A DNA stretch of 63,976 nt, the filler included, from Piptocephalis cylindrospora (taxonomy: Eukaryota): the NCBI GenBank assembly GCA_003614145.1. It is 3 parts of 3 records of this genome, joined end to end, with 100 filler letters (N's around TTAATTAATTAA, not from the genome) between each part and the next. Parts side by side here need not be neighbours in the genome. Positions count along the whole stretch, not along the records: positions 48,668 to 63,976 come from KZ987899.1; 2 more parts are not named here. The stretch is one strand, 5' to 3'. Each line of letters begins with the position of its first letter. Position 1 is the first letter of the stretch. The translations under genes were made by a program, and so were the position numbers. Below are positions 63,954 to 63,976 of the stretch, piece by piece. The notes below the pieces were generated by a model that saw only the letters and a program-made list of their open reading frames with translations, did not search any database and was not told where the DNA came from.

Positions 63954-63976
63954 ACCACGGCCTCGCAGAGAAAGGG

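Overview
Eukaryotic, intron-rich, gene-dense fungal DNA with short GT-AG introns. An early-diverging fungus such as a Zoopagomycota mycoparasite (Piptocephalis-like) is my inference and is not verified. The window is three contigs joined by artificial N44-TTAATTAATTAA-N44 spacers (24236-24335, 48568-48667). In order it contains: a decayed Tc1/mariner transposon, a Frizzled/Smoothened-like 7TM receptor, TIM21, SPB4, a C/D-box snoRNA with the signature of the 18S ac4C guide SNORD13/snR45 (about 8108-8349, invisible to the ORF track), a GOST/GPR107-like 7TM protein, two tandem paralogous secreted orphan proteins in a gene-sparse island, a Cep57-like protein, two hypothetical proteins, Hook, ALKBH6, mitochondrial uL5, RPC82, TLG2, a kynurenine formamidase-like hydrolase, UTP20, a truncated MRH4-like helicase, tRNA-Gly(TCC), NudC, VAC14, DOA10 and POP1. 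The best candidates for new biology are the expanded SNORD13/snR45-like RNA and the secreted paralog pair. Three apparent oddities (inverted POP1 3' end, duplicated tail at MRH4, DOA10 frameshift in a G9 run) are most likely amplification or assembly artefacts. All family calls come from motif recognition by eye and no database searches were run.
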